64,000 nt of DNA from Gammaproteobacteria bacterium (lineage in GTDB: Bacteria; Pseudomonadota; Gammaproteobacteria; CAJXQU01). Location: contig CBDEGZ010000003.1 in the NCBI GenBank assembly GCA_965238175.1, positions 1,088,001 through 1,152,000 on the forward strand, written 5' to 3'. Position numbers and translations under genes: made by a program. Shown piece by piece: positions 1-8,936 of the stretch (its first letter is position 1; every line of letters starts with the position of its first letter). The notes beneath the pieces were generated by a model that saw only the letters and a list, made by a program, of their open reading frames with translations, searched no databases and had not been told where the DNA came from.

Positions 1-2
1 AA

Positions 3-122
3 GAATTACATAGTTGGTGGCTCTCATATAACGAATCTGAAATTCCTGACGAAGAGAGCTATGAATTAGAAACTGAAATGTTGCTGCGATTAATTAAAAT
101 AAGGTGGGTGCTGTGGACATAG
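3..122 (+). CDS. 3' end of a hypothetical protein (probable gene cassette ORF, partial)
   Basis: Open frame ELHSWWLSYNESEIPDEESYELETEMLLRLIKIRWVLWT* runs in from the window edge and is followed by an attC-like GCTAACAATGCG start. Confidence 0.5.
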   Translation, partial: ELHSWWLSYNESEIPDEESYELETEMLLRLIKIRWVLWT

Positions 123-184
123 TTCAGCTAACAATGCGTGCCAAATGACACCATAAACAAAGATACATACCCTTAAAACAAGAG

Positions 185-723
185 CAGTAATGGTGTGTAA
201 TTTTATTAGATGTAAATTGGGGAAGATGGTGGAATTGTGGTTTCGAAAATGCCCAGCTAATCAGTTTAACTTCTGACAAACTATCACTTATTAACTCTTC
301 TAATGAGGTAGTTCTAAATCTCGTTCTTCAAAGTTTATCAAGACTCAACGTCGATCAAAAATTTATAAACTACGCTTATTCAATTCCAGCAGGAGATTAT
401 GCTCTTAGTGCTATTAGTATAAAGTAACTAAATCTGTTAGTAATGTCGGCTTCTTTACAGTGCAACGTGACAAGCTGTTTAAAGCAGGTAAACCAACTGG
501 TGGGACTTTTAGTGTTCATCAAGGAGAAACTGTCTTTTTAGGTAACTTTTACCTGGATTGTACTTATGGTCCAATGCTTTGGCGGTATTATCCTGAGAGC
601 CGTGGGGCATTTGAAAAGTAAGTCACTGAATACCAAACTGCTTTTCCATATCTAGATCTCAAGAATGTTAAATTTAGATTATTCAAAACTAAAAAAATCG
701 GAAATGACTATAATCTGAAGTAG
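185..723 (+). pseudogene. Degraded hypothetical-protein cassette ORF
   Basis: Protein-like segments (VILLDVNWGRWWNCGFENAQLISLT ... GNFYLDCTYGPMLWRYYPE ... GNDYNLK*) are broken by stops and frameshifts and end just before the attC-like site. Confidence 0.5.
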
Positions 724-729
724 CTCAAG

Positions 730-807
730 TGATAACAATTAACTCAAGTATTATTCCGGCCAAAAACGGCCTCCACTGGACGCGCACCACTTAGCAAGGC
801 ATTAGAG
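730..807 (+). other. Integron attC-like recombination site (degenerate)
   Basis: TAAC-AATTAA-CTCAAG ... CTTAG-CAAGGC-ATTAG has the R''/L''/L'/R' spacing of Vibrio-type attC sites, with the extrahelical base in CTCAAG versus CTTAG. The R' GTT is mutated to ATT. The next ATG is at 814. Confidence 0.65.
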
Positions 808-950
808 GTATAAATGAGCAAAAAGCATATCAAGCTTGCAGGATGGCGAGAGATTATAAGTAACCTGATGTGATGGTCTCCTCCCCCTAACGGCATCTAG
901 GTGCCATGATTGAACTGACATACACACAATCAAAAGAGGAGAAGACCAAA

Positions 951-1964
951 ATGAAGACTACAACAATCGGGTTAGACATAGCAAAAAACGTATTTCATGC
1001 TGTCTGCTGTAATCAACAAGGGCGTATAATCAAAAAGAAAATGTTAAAGCGAGCGCAGGTACTCTCCTTTTTTCAATCTCAACCTCCTTGTTTAGTCGCA
1101 ATAGAATCTTGTGCAACGTCACAGTATTGGGCCCGAGCGATACAACAACAGGGACATCAGGTGAAATTACTACCACCTCAGCATGTTAACGCATTTCTAA
1201 TCGGCAATAAGAATGATTATAACGATGCCTTGGCCATCGCCGTTGCTGCGAAACAACCTCATTTAAAAAGTGTGGGCATTAAATCAGTTGAGCAACAAGA
1301 CAACCAGGCACAACATAAAGCAAGAGACTTAGCGGTCAGACAAAGAACCGCATTATGTAACCAAATGAGAGCGCTTGTTGCAGAATATGGCATTAGCCTT
1401 CGTCCCGGCCTAAATACCCTACGTCAATCTATCCCGTTGCTATTAAGTGATGAGAACGAACGGTTGTCCGTTACTTTCAAAAGGATACTGCGCCAGCTAA
1501 AGGAACAATGGCAATCACTTGATGCCTGTATTGCGACATTTGACCAATTGATCATTCAATCGGCAAAAAACAATGCGATTTGCCAACGCTTACAAACTAT
1601 TCCAGGGTTTGGGCCGATGGTCTCGAGCGCGTATTTTAATGAAGTGGGAAACGGCGCTCATTATCACAAAGGGCGCGATGTGTCCGCCTCATTAGGACTT
1701 GTTCCACGACAGTACAGTAGTGGTGGTAAAGAGGTGCTACTGGGGATCAGTAAACGCGGCAATAAATACCTTCGTTGTTTGTTAATTCTAGGCGCGAAGG
1801 CCGTGGTATCAAGAGCCAAAACGAAAGGCGATAAACTGAGTCAATGGATTAATCGTTTAGTTGAGACGCGGGGGCATAATCGAGCGTGTGTGGCGTATGC
1901 CAACAAAATGGCAAGAATGGCCTGGGCTATAACGGTTTCTGGTGATGACTACTCACCGGCCTAA
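951..1964 (+). CDS. IS110-family DEDD transposase/recombinase
   Basis: IGLDIAK, AIESC and KNDYNDA (DEDD RuvC-like) motifs, TIPGFG, and GLVPRQYSSGGK with the catalytic Ser. RBS GAGGAG precedes the ATG at 951. Confidence 0.95.
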   Translation: MKTTTIGLDIAKNVFHAVCCNQQGRIIKKKMLKRAQVLSFFQSQPPCLVAIESCATSQYWARAIQQQGHQVKLLPPQHVNAFLIGNKNDYNDALAIAVAAKQPHLKSVGIKSVEQQDNQAQHKARDLAVRQRTALCNQMRALVAEYGISLRPGLNTLRQSIPLLLSDENERLSVTFKRILRQLKEQWQSLDACIATFDQLIIQSAKNNAICQRLQTIPGFGPMVSSAYFNEVGNGAHYHKGRDVSASLGLVPRQYSSGGKEVLLGISKRGNKYLRCLLILGAKAVVSRAKTKGDKLSQWINRLVETRGHNRACVAYANKMARMAWAITVSGDDYSPA

Positions 1965-1984
1965 ATAGAGAGAACAAATCATTT

Positions 1985-2165
1985 CAACGAATTGCGAAGG
2001 TAAAACTAAAGATGGCATAACAGGTCAAACCAGCCTATTGAAAACCTGTCGAGCTCAGGGGTAACTAATACCGATAACCTGATAAGGAAAATAGGCGCGT
2101 AATACATCCAGGTCAGAAGTTGAAAACTTCATTGAAGGCCGTATATATGACAGCAATCCTGTCCC
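1985..2165 (+). ncRNA. Putative seekRNA/bridge RNA of the IS1111 element (ends approximate)
   Basis: The 3' non-coding region has the IS1111-like scaffold (GATGGC..ACAGGTC..CC ... GGTCAGAAGTT-AACTTC..GGCCGTATATATGACAGCAA) and segments matching the target and the donor junction. Confidence 0.75.
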
Positions 2166-2299
2166 TGTTATCTGAATGTTTTATCTTGCAATACGGGAGG
2201 AGACCATATATGAACTCGGGATAAGAAAATGAACCAAAGGCCCATTCTCCGATCAGATCAATTGCTACCAAACAGTTGAGAAAAAAGGAGAACAAGCCA

Positions 2300-3238
2300 A
2301 TGTATAAATTAGTTGAAATCTTTTGTGATGTCGATGATAAGGTGAATGCCGAAGGCAGAGAGAATACCCTGGGGTATTTTTGTCAACACTTCATGCCGTT
2401 GTGGGAACAACAATTATTGACCGATGGCAAACGTCAACGTCGTCGAGTTGGACGAATGCAGGCCAGCGAAATCATAACAATTATTATTCTGTTTCATCAC
2501 TCCAACCATCGTGACTTCAAGAACTATTACAAAGGTTTTGTGGCTCAATTCTATGCAAAGGACTTTCCCGAGATACTAAGCTACACGCGCTTTCTAGAGG
2601 TAATGCCGACGGTGCTTGTTCCTTTATGCAGCTACTTTTCTTATCTCAAAGGTAAACCCACTGGCGTTGCGTTTATCGATTCAACCGCCTTAAAAGTGTG
2701 CCACAATCTGCGTATTCCACGCCATCGTGTTTTCAAAGATATTGCTCAACGAGGTCGAGGCACCATGGGCTGGTTTTATGGCTTCAAATTGCACCTCATC
2801 ACCAATCACCAGGGGGATATTCTAGCCGCTAAAATCACACCTGGAAATGTCGATGACCGTCAGCCTGTTCCTGAACTCTGTGAAGCGATGAATGGCAAAC
2901 TATACGAGGATAAAGGCTATATCAGCCAAGCCTTATCGAGCGAATTGTTTGATAAAGGCGTTGAGTTGGTGACCAATGTCCGGAAAAACATGAAAGCAAG
3001 AGTCCTTTCATTATGGGACAGAGCCATGTTGAGTCGGCGTTTTATTATTGAAACGATCAATGACCAGTTGAAGAACATATCGCAAATAGAACATTCCAGA
3101 CACCGCTCTGTACATGGCTTTATGCTCAATCTCATCAGTGGATTAATTGCTTATTGTCTGAAAGATAATAAGCCTTCTTTGAATTTATCAGGGGATGATT
3201 TTGATTGTTTGAAACAGGCGTTGGTACCTATGGCTTAA
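2300..3238 (+). CDS. IS982-family DDE transposase carrying a 13-aa in-frame insertion
   Basis: FIDST, GWFYGFKLHL, DKGY and IETINDQLK motifs. RBS AGGAG precedes the ATG at 2300. Confidence 0.9.
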   Translation: MYKLVEIFCDVDDKVNAEGRENTLGYFCQHFMPLWEQQLLTDGKRQRRRVGRMQASEIITIIILFHHSNHRDFKNYYKGFVAQFYAKDFPEILSYTRFLEVMPTVLVPLCSYFSYLKGKPTGVAFIDSTALKVCHNLRIPRHRVFKDIAQRGRGTMGWFYGFKLHLITNHQGDILAAKITPGNVDDRQPVPELCEAMNGKLYEDKGYISQALSSELFDKGVELVTNVRKNMKARVLSLWDRAMLSRRFIIETINDQLKNISQIEHSRHRSVHGFMLNLISGLIAYCLKDNKPSLNLSGDDFDCLKQALVPMA

Positions 3239-3289
3239 ACCGATCTGGGGTTATTTACACCTTAATATCTGATTTTATTAGCTATTTCG

Positions 3290-4151
3290 TGGGGATTGGT
3301 CAGTGTCAGTACCTATTATTATCAATGCCGACAGAAACCGATTAATCATGAAGAACGTATCATGATGAAATCAATCAAAACCATTGCTGTTGAGACAAAC
3401 TACTCATACGGTAAATGACGCATGCATGCGTCGCTATTGAATACAGGTTTTTCTGTTGGTGCCTATATCGAGCTGCCACGTTGATGAAAAAAGCAAACGT
3501 TTTTGCCATTACGCCTCGAAAAAGACATTATTGTCCAAGTACTGGCAAACCTCATATCAAAGCAGAAAATATTCTTGAACGTCAATTTTATCCGAAAACA
3601 ATCAACACTCACCGGGTGGGTGATATTACTTATGTTCGCACACATCAGGGTTGGAGTTATCTCGCTTGTGTTCTAGATTTAGGCTCAAAAGAAATTGTGG
3701 GTTGGGTAATGTCTAAACACCCCAATGCGACCTTAGCAAAGGAAGCATTAAACCATGCCATTCGAAGATAACAGCCTGACACGAGCAATTACTTTTTCAT
3801 TCAGATCAGAGGGTGCAGTATTCTGCCAATGTGTTTGTTGATTATCTTAACCAATTAAATATCACTCAAAGCATGAGTCGAAGGGGAAATTGTCTTGAGA
3901 GCTTGCCTCACGAAGTGTTTTGGGGATAATGCCGTCACTGAGCGATTCTTCCGTAGTTTGAAATCAGAGCGAGTGAACTGTCGTTGTTATCAAACGAGAA
4001 GTCAGGGAATAGCCGATATCATTGATTATATCGAACCGTTTTATAATTAAGAACGACGACATTATAAACTAGGAAATATTTCATCTGTTGAATATGAACA
4101 GGAATTACTAAAAAGTGCCTAATAGATCTCCAAGGTTAGTTAACCATTACA
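3290..4151 (+). pseudogene. IS3-family transposase OrfB remnant with right end
   Basis: GDITYVRT..GWSYLACVLDL, HSD, SMSRRGNC..DNA..ERFFRSLKSE motifs are broken by stops and frameshifts. The right end ...GTTAGTTAACCATTACA finishes in CA at 4151. Confidence 0.88.
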
Positions 4152-4243
4152 GTTGGGAGTGAATTGTTAAATAGCACTATTTGTGATCAAAATCGCATTT
4201 TTCACCTATCTTCTTTTCGATTTTAGGACTATGCTTTTAATTA

Positions 4244-4432
4244 GACATTCTCTGTGGTATTTGTCAGCATTCCAGGTATTCTTGAGCCTATGCTAATTTT
4301 TTATGGAACTGAACTGATGGGTGATGTTGTGCATGACCACCTTTGAGTGGTAAGCCTGATTTGCCCGGGGACGTTCCTCGATTGAACCCTCGGTTCAAGT
4401 CGCGGGTCTGCAACGGTACTATGGAGAGTGTC
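4244..4432 (+). ncRNA. ssrS: 6S RNA (SsrS-like)
   Basis: 18-bp terminal stem (4244-4261 with 4415-4432, including GU pairs), 189 nt long. Contains CTTGAGCC, GTGCATG..AAGCCT and the TTGAACC-CTC-GGTTCAAG hairpin typical of gammaproteobacterial 6S. -10-like TATGCT at 4230-4235. Confidence 0.85.
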
Positions 4433-4493
4433 ACTTATTCTTAATGGATTTTGATAGGGGATATTTGGACAACAATTGTTTGACTAAAAATAG

Positions 4494-5585
4494 TTAAACA
4501 TTAAATCTGAAGTGGATTACGTCTCCATCTTGGACGATATATTCTTTGCCTTCTAAGCGCCACTTTCCAGCTTCTTTAGCACCTTGATCACCATTGTTTG
4601 TTACGTAATCATCATAAGCAACTAATTCCGCGCGAATAAAGCCACGTTCAAAATCGGTATGAATGACACCAGCAGCTTGTGGTGCTGTTGCACCAATTTT
4701 CACGGTCCATGCGCGAACTTCTTTCTCACCAGCAGTAAAGTAGGTCTGTAGGTTCAGTAGAGCATAGCCTGCGCGGATTATTCGATTGAGTCCAGGTTCT
4801 TCGAGGCCAAGGTCATCTAAAAATTCTTGTTTGTCTTCTTCATCTAAACTGGCAATTTCTGCTTCAATAGCCGCACAAACAGGCACCACTGAGGCGTTTT
4901 CTTTAGTCGCAATTTCAGTCAGTTGATCAAGAAGTGGATTGTTTGTTGTGCCGTTTTCCGCAATATTAGCAACATAAAACATCGGTTTTGCCGTAATTAG
5001 GTGAAAGCTTTTGAGGATATGTTTTTGATCATCGTCTAGTTCCATGGAACGAACAGGGTTGCCTTCACCTAAGCATGATTCTATTTGAGATAGAAATTCG
5101 ATTTGCACTTTGGCTTCTTTATCTCCACTTCGCCCTTTTTTGTTTAACCTTTCTATACTGCGTTGTACCGATTCGAGATCGGCTAAAGCCAATTCGGTAT
5201 TGATCGTTTCGATATCAGATAGAGGATTTATCTTGCCATCAACGTGGATCACATTTTCATCTTCAAAACAGCGCACAACATGCGCTATCGCGTTGGTTTC
5301 GCGAATGTGGGATAGAAACTGGTTTCCGAGCCCTTCACCTTTTGACGCACCTGCGACTAGGCCGGCAATATCAACAAACTCCATAGTGGTTAAAAGAATT
5401 TTCTGTGGATTGACTATTTCAGCAAGTTTGGTGATCCGAGGATCAGGAACTTCCACAATGCCGACGTTTGGATCGATCGTACAAAACGGATAGTTTTCCG
5501 CATCGATATCGGCACTCGTTAGTGCGTTGAATAAGGTTGATTTGCCAACGTTAGGTAAGCCGACAATGCCACATTTGAATCCCAT
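4494..5585 (-). CDS. ychF: Redox-regulated ATPase YchF
   Basis: [18 protein letters not shown] and TGS C-terminus ([11 protein letters not shown]). Confidence 0.98.
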   Translation of the reverse strand: MGFKCGIVGLPNVGKSTLFNALTSADIDAENYPFCTIDPNVGIVEVPDPRITKLAEIVNPQKILLTTMEFVDIAGLVAGASKGEGLGNQFLSHIRETNAIAHVVRCFEDENVIHVDGKINPLSDIETINTELALADLESVQRSIERLNKKGRSGDKEAKVQIEFLSQIESCLGEGNPVRSMELDDDQKHILKSFHLITAKPMFYVANIAENGTTNNPLLDQLTEIATKENASVVPVCAAIEAEIASLDEEDKQEFLDDLGLEEPGLNRIIRAGYALLNLQTYFTAGEKEVRAWTVKIGATAPQAAGVIHTDFERGFIRAELVAYDDYVTNNGDQGAKEAGKWRLEGKEYIVQDGDVIHFRFNV

Positions 5586-5590
5586 GTTTT

Positions 5591-6175
5591 TTAATCCTGT
5601 TTCCGATGTAATTCATTCATCGCTTTTTGTAAATTTCCAGACAAGATGTCAGGCATAAATTCCAGTGTACGCGAAATTACATTCTGAATTTCAATTTCTT
5701 CCGTTAAGGTGGGTTTATTAAGTACATACTTACTTACATCTGCTCCCGTGCCTGGGTGACCTATTCCAAGTCTGATGCGTAAATATTGATCAGAATTAAA
5801 ACGGCTGGTGATATCTCTAAGTCCGTTATGACCACCATGGCCACCGCCTTCTTTTAAGCGAAGTGTGCCGGTTTCCAAATCAAGCTCATCATGGATGACA
5901 AGAATTCTTTCAATGGGTATTCGGTAATAAGTTGCTAATGCTCCAACACTTTGGCCAGATCTATTCATGAAAGTCGACGGTTTTAGTAGCCAACAATTAT
6001 GATCGGCCGTTTTAATCTGAGCTGTGTCTCCGAAGAACTTAGACTGAGCTTGAAAAGTGATGTTATTCTTTTTTACAAGCTCATCTAAAAACCAAAACCC
6101 GACATTATGTCGGGTTTGAGTATATTCAGATCCTGGATTACCCAGGCCAACGATTAGATCAATTCTTGAAGCCAT
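5591..6175 (-). CDS. pth: Peptidyl-tRNA hydrolase
   Basis: VGLGNPG..TRHNVG, HDELD and GHNGL motifs; conserved synteny. Confidence 0.98.
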   Translation of the reverse strand: MASRIDLIVGLGNPGSEYTQTRHNVGFWFLDELVKKNNITFQAQSKFFGDTAQIKTADHNCWLLKPSTFMNRSGQSVGALATYYRIPIERILVIHDELDLETGTLRLKEGGGHGGHNGLRDITSRFNSDQYLRIRLGIGHPGTGADVSKYVLNKPTLTEEIEIQNVISRTLEFMPDILSGNLQKAMNELHRKQD

Positions 6176-6238
6176 TAGTTGGTTTGGAGCTAGTTTGATT
6201 TAGATCCGAGTTATAAACTAATAGAACAGGTGAAGATA

Positions 6239-6904
6239 TTAATCTTCTTCACCTTCTCCTTCATCAGAGGATTCTTCTGGATCTGCTCCATCTTCAACTA
6301 CTGGTGCATCATCTTCAATCACTACGGCTCTTCTTGTATGAACTGAAGCGACAGGTTGACTATCATCACCGCCATGTAGAAGGGCATTAATTTCAACATT
6401 TTCAGGCATATTAAGATCTGAAAGATGAATTGTTTGATCAAGAACAACATCCGCCATATCAATTTCAATGAATTCTGGAAGATCGGCTGCAAGACAGCTA
6501 ACCTCAATTTCGTTCATATGGTGATTGATTGAACCACCATCTTGTTTAACACCAATACATGATTCTTCATTAATATAATGAAGAGGAATGTTCATGGTTA
6601 ACTTATGGGTCTTGTCTATACGTAAAAGGTCAAGATGCATAATTGTGTTTTTTGCAGGATGACGTTGCATGTCTTTGAGAACAACACTTTCTTCATTTCC
6701 ATCTAAGTTCAAAGTCAATACAGAAGAATAAAATGCTTCATTCTGAAGCCTTTTTTCCATCTCTGTATGTTTGAGTTGAAAAGAAACAGGATCCTTTTCG
6801 GTTCCGTAAACAATGCCTGGTACCAGGCCGGCATGACGCAGGCGGCGGCTCGCACCTTTCCCCATATCATCACGCTTTTCAGCAATAATTGTAAAATCAC
6901 TCAT
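6239..6904 (-). CDS. rplY: 50S ribosomal protein L25/Ctc
   Basis: GKGASRRLR..PGIVYG motif, Ctc C-terminal domain and acidic tail. Start placed at MSDF after a GGAG RBS. Confidence 0.95.
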   Translation of the reverse strand: MSDFTIIAEKRDDMGKGASRRLRHAGLVPGIVYGTEKDPVSFQLKHTEMEKRLQNEAFYSSVLTLNLDGNEESVVLKDMQRHPAKNTIMHLDLLRIDKTHKLTMNIPLHYINEESCIGVKQDGGSINHHMNEIEVSCLAADLPEFIEIDMADVVLDQTIHLSDLNMPENVEINALLHGGDDSQPVASVHTRRAVVIEDDAPVVEDGADPEESSDEGEGEED

Positions 6905-6936
6905 GTGAAACTCCACTTAACTTACATAAAATAAAA

Positions 6937-6960
6937 CGTAGAACCGCGACCAGATCTACG
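6937..6960 (-). promoter_or_regulatory. L25 (rplY) leader hairpin, putative autoregulatory element
   Basis: CGTAGA-TCTGGTCGCGGT-TCTACG hairpin with the GGTCGC motif typical of gammaproteobacterial rplY leaders. Confidence 0.55.
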
Positions 6961-6971
6961 CAAGAAAATAA

Positions 6972-7925
6972 TTAATCGACAAACATAGAACTAAGAGATT
7001 CGCCTGAACTAATGCGGTTAATACTCTCGGCCAATAACCCGGAAACGCTCAATTGTCGAATACGATCACAGGCTGATGCTTGTTCTGAGAGGGGTATTGT
7101 ATCTGTTACTACGAGTTCGTCCAGTTTTGAGTTCTCAATGTTCTGCATTGCATTGCCAGATAATACTGGATGTGTACAGTAAGCAACGACTTTTTTAGCC
7201 CCATAGCCCTTTAAAGCACCGGCTGCCTGGCATAGTGTGCCGGCCGTATCCACCAGATCATCGATAATGACGCAAGTTCGGCCTTCAACATCGCCGATAA
7301 TGTTCATTACTTCAGCAACATTAGCCTTCGGCCGCCGTTTATCAATAATTGCCAGATCCGCATCATCAAGTCTTTTGGCCAGTGCTCTTGCTCGAACAAC
7401 ACCGCCTACGTCAGGAGAAACAACCATTAGATTAGGGTATTTATGTTTCCAGACATCGGCGAGTAGGACCGGGGATGAATAAACATTATCCAATGGCATA
7501 TCGAAAAAGCCCTGAATTTGATCGGCATGCAAATCAACGGTCAGAACTCTATCCGTTCCAACAGCAGCAATAGTATTTGCAACCACTTTTGCGGTGATAG
7601 GAACACGAGCCGAGCGTGGACGACGATCTTGTCTGGCATAACCTAAATAAGGAATAACAGCAGTAATTCGTTGTGCGGACGCACGTCTAAGCGCATCAAC
7701 CATTACCAACAATTCCATCAGGTTATCATTGGTTGGTGCACATGTTGGTTGGATAATATAAACGTCGCGACCACGCACGTTTTCGCCGATATCGACTAAA
7801 ATTTCCCCATCGCTGAATTTGCCAACGGTGGCCTTCCCTAGCGGGAGATGTAAGTGGGAGGCAATTGCCTGAGAAAGTTTCGGATTAGCATTGCCCGAAA
7901 AAATCATCATTGATGGAAGTGTCAC
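6972..7925 (-). CDS. prs: Ribose-phosphate pyrophosphokinase
   Basis: YARQDRR and [11 protein letters not shown] motifs. Start reassigned to GTG 7925 (GAGGA RBS) because the longer ORF overlaps the tRNA. Confidence 0.96.
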   Translation of the reverse strand: MTLPSMMIFSGNANPKLSQAIASHLHLPLGKATVGKFSDGEILVDIGENVRGRDVYIIQPTCAPTNDNLMELLVMVDALRRASAQRITAVIPYLGYARQDRRPRSARVPITAKVVANTIAAVGTDRVLTVDLHADQIQGFFDMPLDNVYSSPVLLADVWKHKYPNLMVVSPDVGGVVRARALAKRLDDADLAIIDKRRPKANVAEVMNIIGDVEGRTCVIIDDLVDTAGTLCQAAGALKGYGAKKVVAYCTHPVLSGNAMQNIENSKLDELVVTDTIPLSEQASACDRIRQLSVSGLLAESINRISSGESLSSMFVD

Positions 7926-7960
7926 TGCAATCCTCGCAAACTTCGTTAGATATAGAAAAA

Positions 7961-8035
7961 TGGCTGGGGCGGCAGGATTCGAACCTACGAATGCCAGGAT
8001 CAAAACCTGGTGGCTTACCGCTTGCCGACGCCCCA
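7961..8035 (-). tRNA. tRNA-Gln (TTG)
   Basis: TGGGGCG...TTTTGAT...GGTTCGAATCC...CGCCCCAGCCA cloverleaf with encoded CCA, in the canonical ispE-tRNAGln-prs position. Confidence 0.97.
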
Positions 8036-8071
8036 ATTATTTTTTCGAACCAGATCTGCTTAGCAGCAGTA

Positions 8072-8920
8072 TTACTCAGGTTCTTTGGCTAATCGATCAA
8101 GTAAAGGAGATCTATTTAACCCTTTCACAATATATCCTAACCATTGTTTAGGCAATAATTGCGCCACTTCTTGAGCAGCAGCTTTATCAGGGTAAGGACA
8201 GAATACACATGCGCCTGTACCGGTCAGTCTTGCTTGACTGTTTTCGCCGAACCACTTAAAAACCTGTTCAACTTCAGGATATTCACTGCGAACCACAAAT
8301 TCGCAGTCATTTTTGCCGTCTCCAGCAATGAATGTGTGCATTTTGATGGGAGTCGTATCTCGTGTCAATTGGGAATTTAAAAAGATTTTTGCTGTGGATA
8401 TATGTACGCCTGGATGAACCAGTAAATACCAAGGCATTTTTGTTTCAAAATCAGTTAGATTTTCCCCAATCCCCTCAGCCCATGCCGTATGACCATGTAG
8501 GAAAAACGGGATATCTGCACCTAACTTAAGACCAATCTTTGTTAGATCTGTTGTTTCCAGATCAAGTCCCCAGAGTTTATTTAATGCAACTAAGGTTGTT
8601 GCGGCATCTGAACTTCCACCACCAATTCCACCGCCCATAGGAAGCTTTTTATCAATAAAAATGTCTGCGCCTTGATCTATACCGGAAATTTCTTGCAATT
8701 GTTTTGCTGCTTTTATGATCAGATCTTCAGATTCTTCGACACCTTTTAAATCTGAACAACGTCGAATAATCCGATCATTTCGTACTTTAAATCTAAGTTC
8801 ATCACAGAAATCGAGAAATTGAAATAACGTTTGTAATTTGTGATAACCATCTTCGCGACGACCGTTTATGTGTAGAAATAAATTGATCTTTGCCGGAGCA
8901 GGCCAGGGAATATCGGTCAT
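8072..8920 (-). CDS. ispE: 4-diphosphocytidyl-2-C-methyl-D-erythritol kinase
   Basis: PAPAKINLFLHI, PMGGGIGGGSSDAA and LTGTGACVF motifs. Confidence 0.97.
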   Translation of the reverse strand: MTDIPWPAPAKINLFLHINGRREDGYHKLQTLFQFLDFCDELRFKVRNDRIIRRCSDLKGVEESEDLIIKAAKQLQEISGIDQGADIFIDKKLPMGGGIGGGSSDAATTLVALNKLWGLDLETTDLTKIGLKLGADIPFFLHGHTAWAEGIGENLTDFETKMPWYLLVHPGVHISTAKIFLNSQLTRDTTPIKMHTFIAGDGKNDCEFVVRSEYPEVEQVFKWFGENSQARLTGTGACVFCPYPDKAAAQEVAQLLPKQWLGYIVKGLNRSPLLDRLAKEPE

Positions 8921-8936
8921 GCTTAATGTGAATAGT

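Larger units (their letters stand above)
866..2210 (+). mobile_element. IS110 family, IS1111 group insertion sequence (complete)
   Basis: Perfect 13-bp subterminal IRs ATGGTCTCCTCCC (873-885) and GGGAGGAGACCAT (2195-2207), set 7 and 3 nt in from the inferred ends. Long 3' non-coding region. TGA is present at both junctions. Confidence 0.92.
862..3252 (+). mobile_element. IS982-family element whose left terminal repeat is split by the IS1111 insertion
   Basis: Reconstituted IRL AACC|TGAACTCGGGATAAG (862-865 + 2211-2225) versus IRR CTTAAACCGATCTGGGGTT (3234-3252): 13/19 inverted match, flanking an IS982 transposase. Confidence 0.75.

Noticed and set aside
730-870. IS1111 element as an attC-targeting IS
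   Set aside because: The insertion point is about 60 bp beyond the attC, and the guides match the IS982 end rather than the attC.
850-3262. Target-site duplication of the IS982 element
   Set aside because: The left flank (ATAAGT) and right flank (ATTTAC) do not match; later rearrangement probably removed it.
4380-4412. GGTTCAAGTC as a tRNA T-arm or tRNA fragment
   Set aside because: There is no cloverleaf; it is the conserved 3' hairpin of 6S RNA.
7961-8035. Atypical D-stem (GGC/GCC) in tRNA-Gln
   Set aside because: The change is compensatory and keeps pairing; there is no evidence of altered identity.
7926-8036. N-terminal extension of prs in the ORF track
   Set aside because: It overlaps tRNA-Gln. 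A GTG with an RBS at 7925 gives a normal-length Prs.
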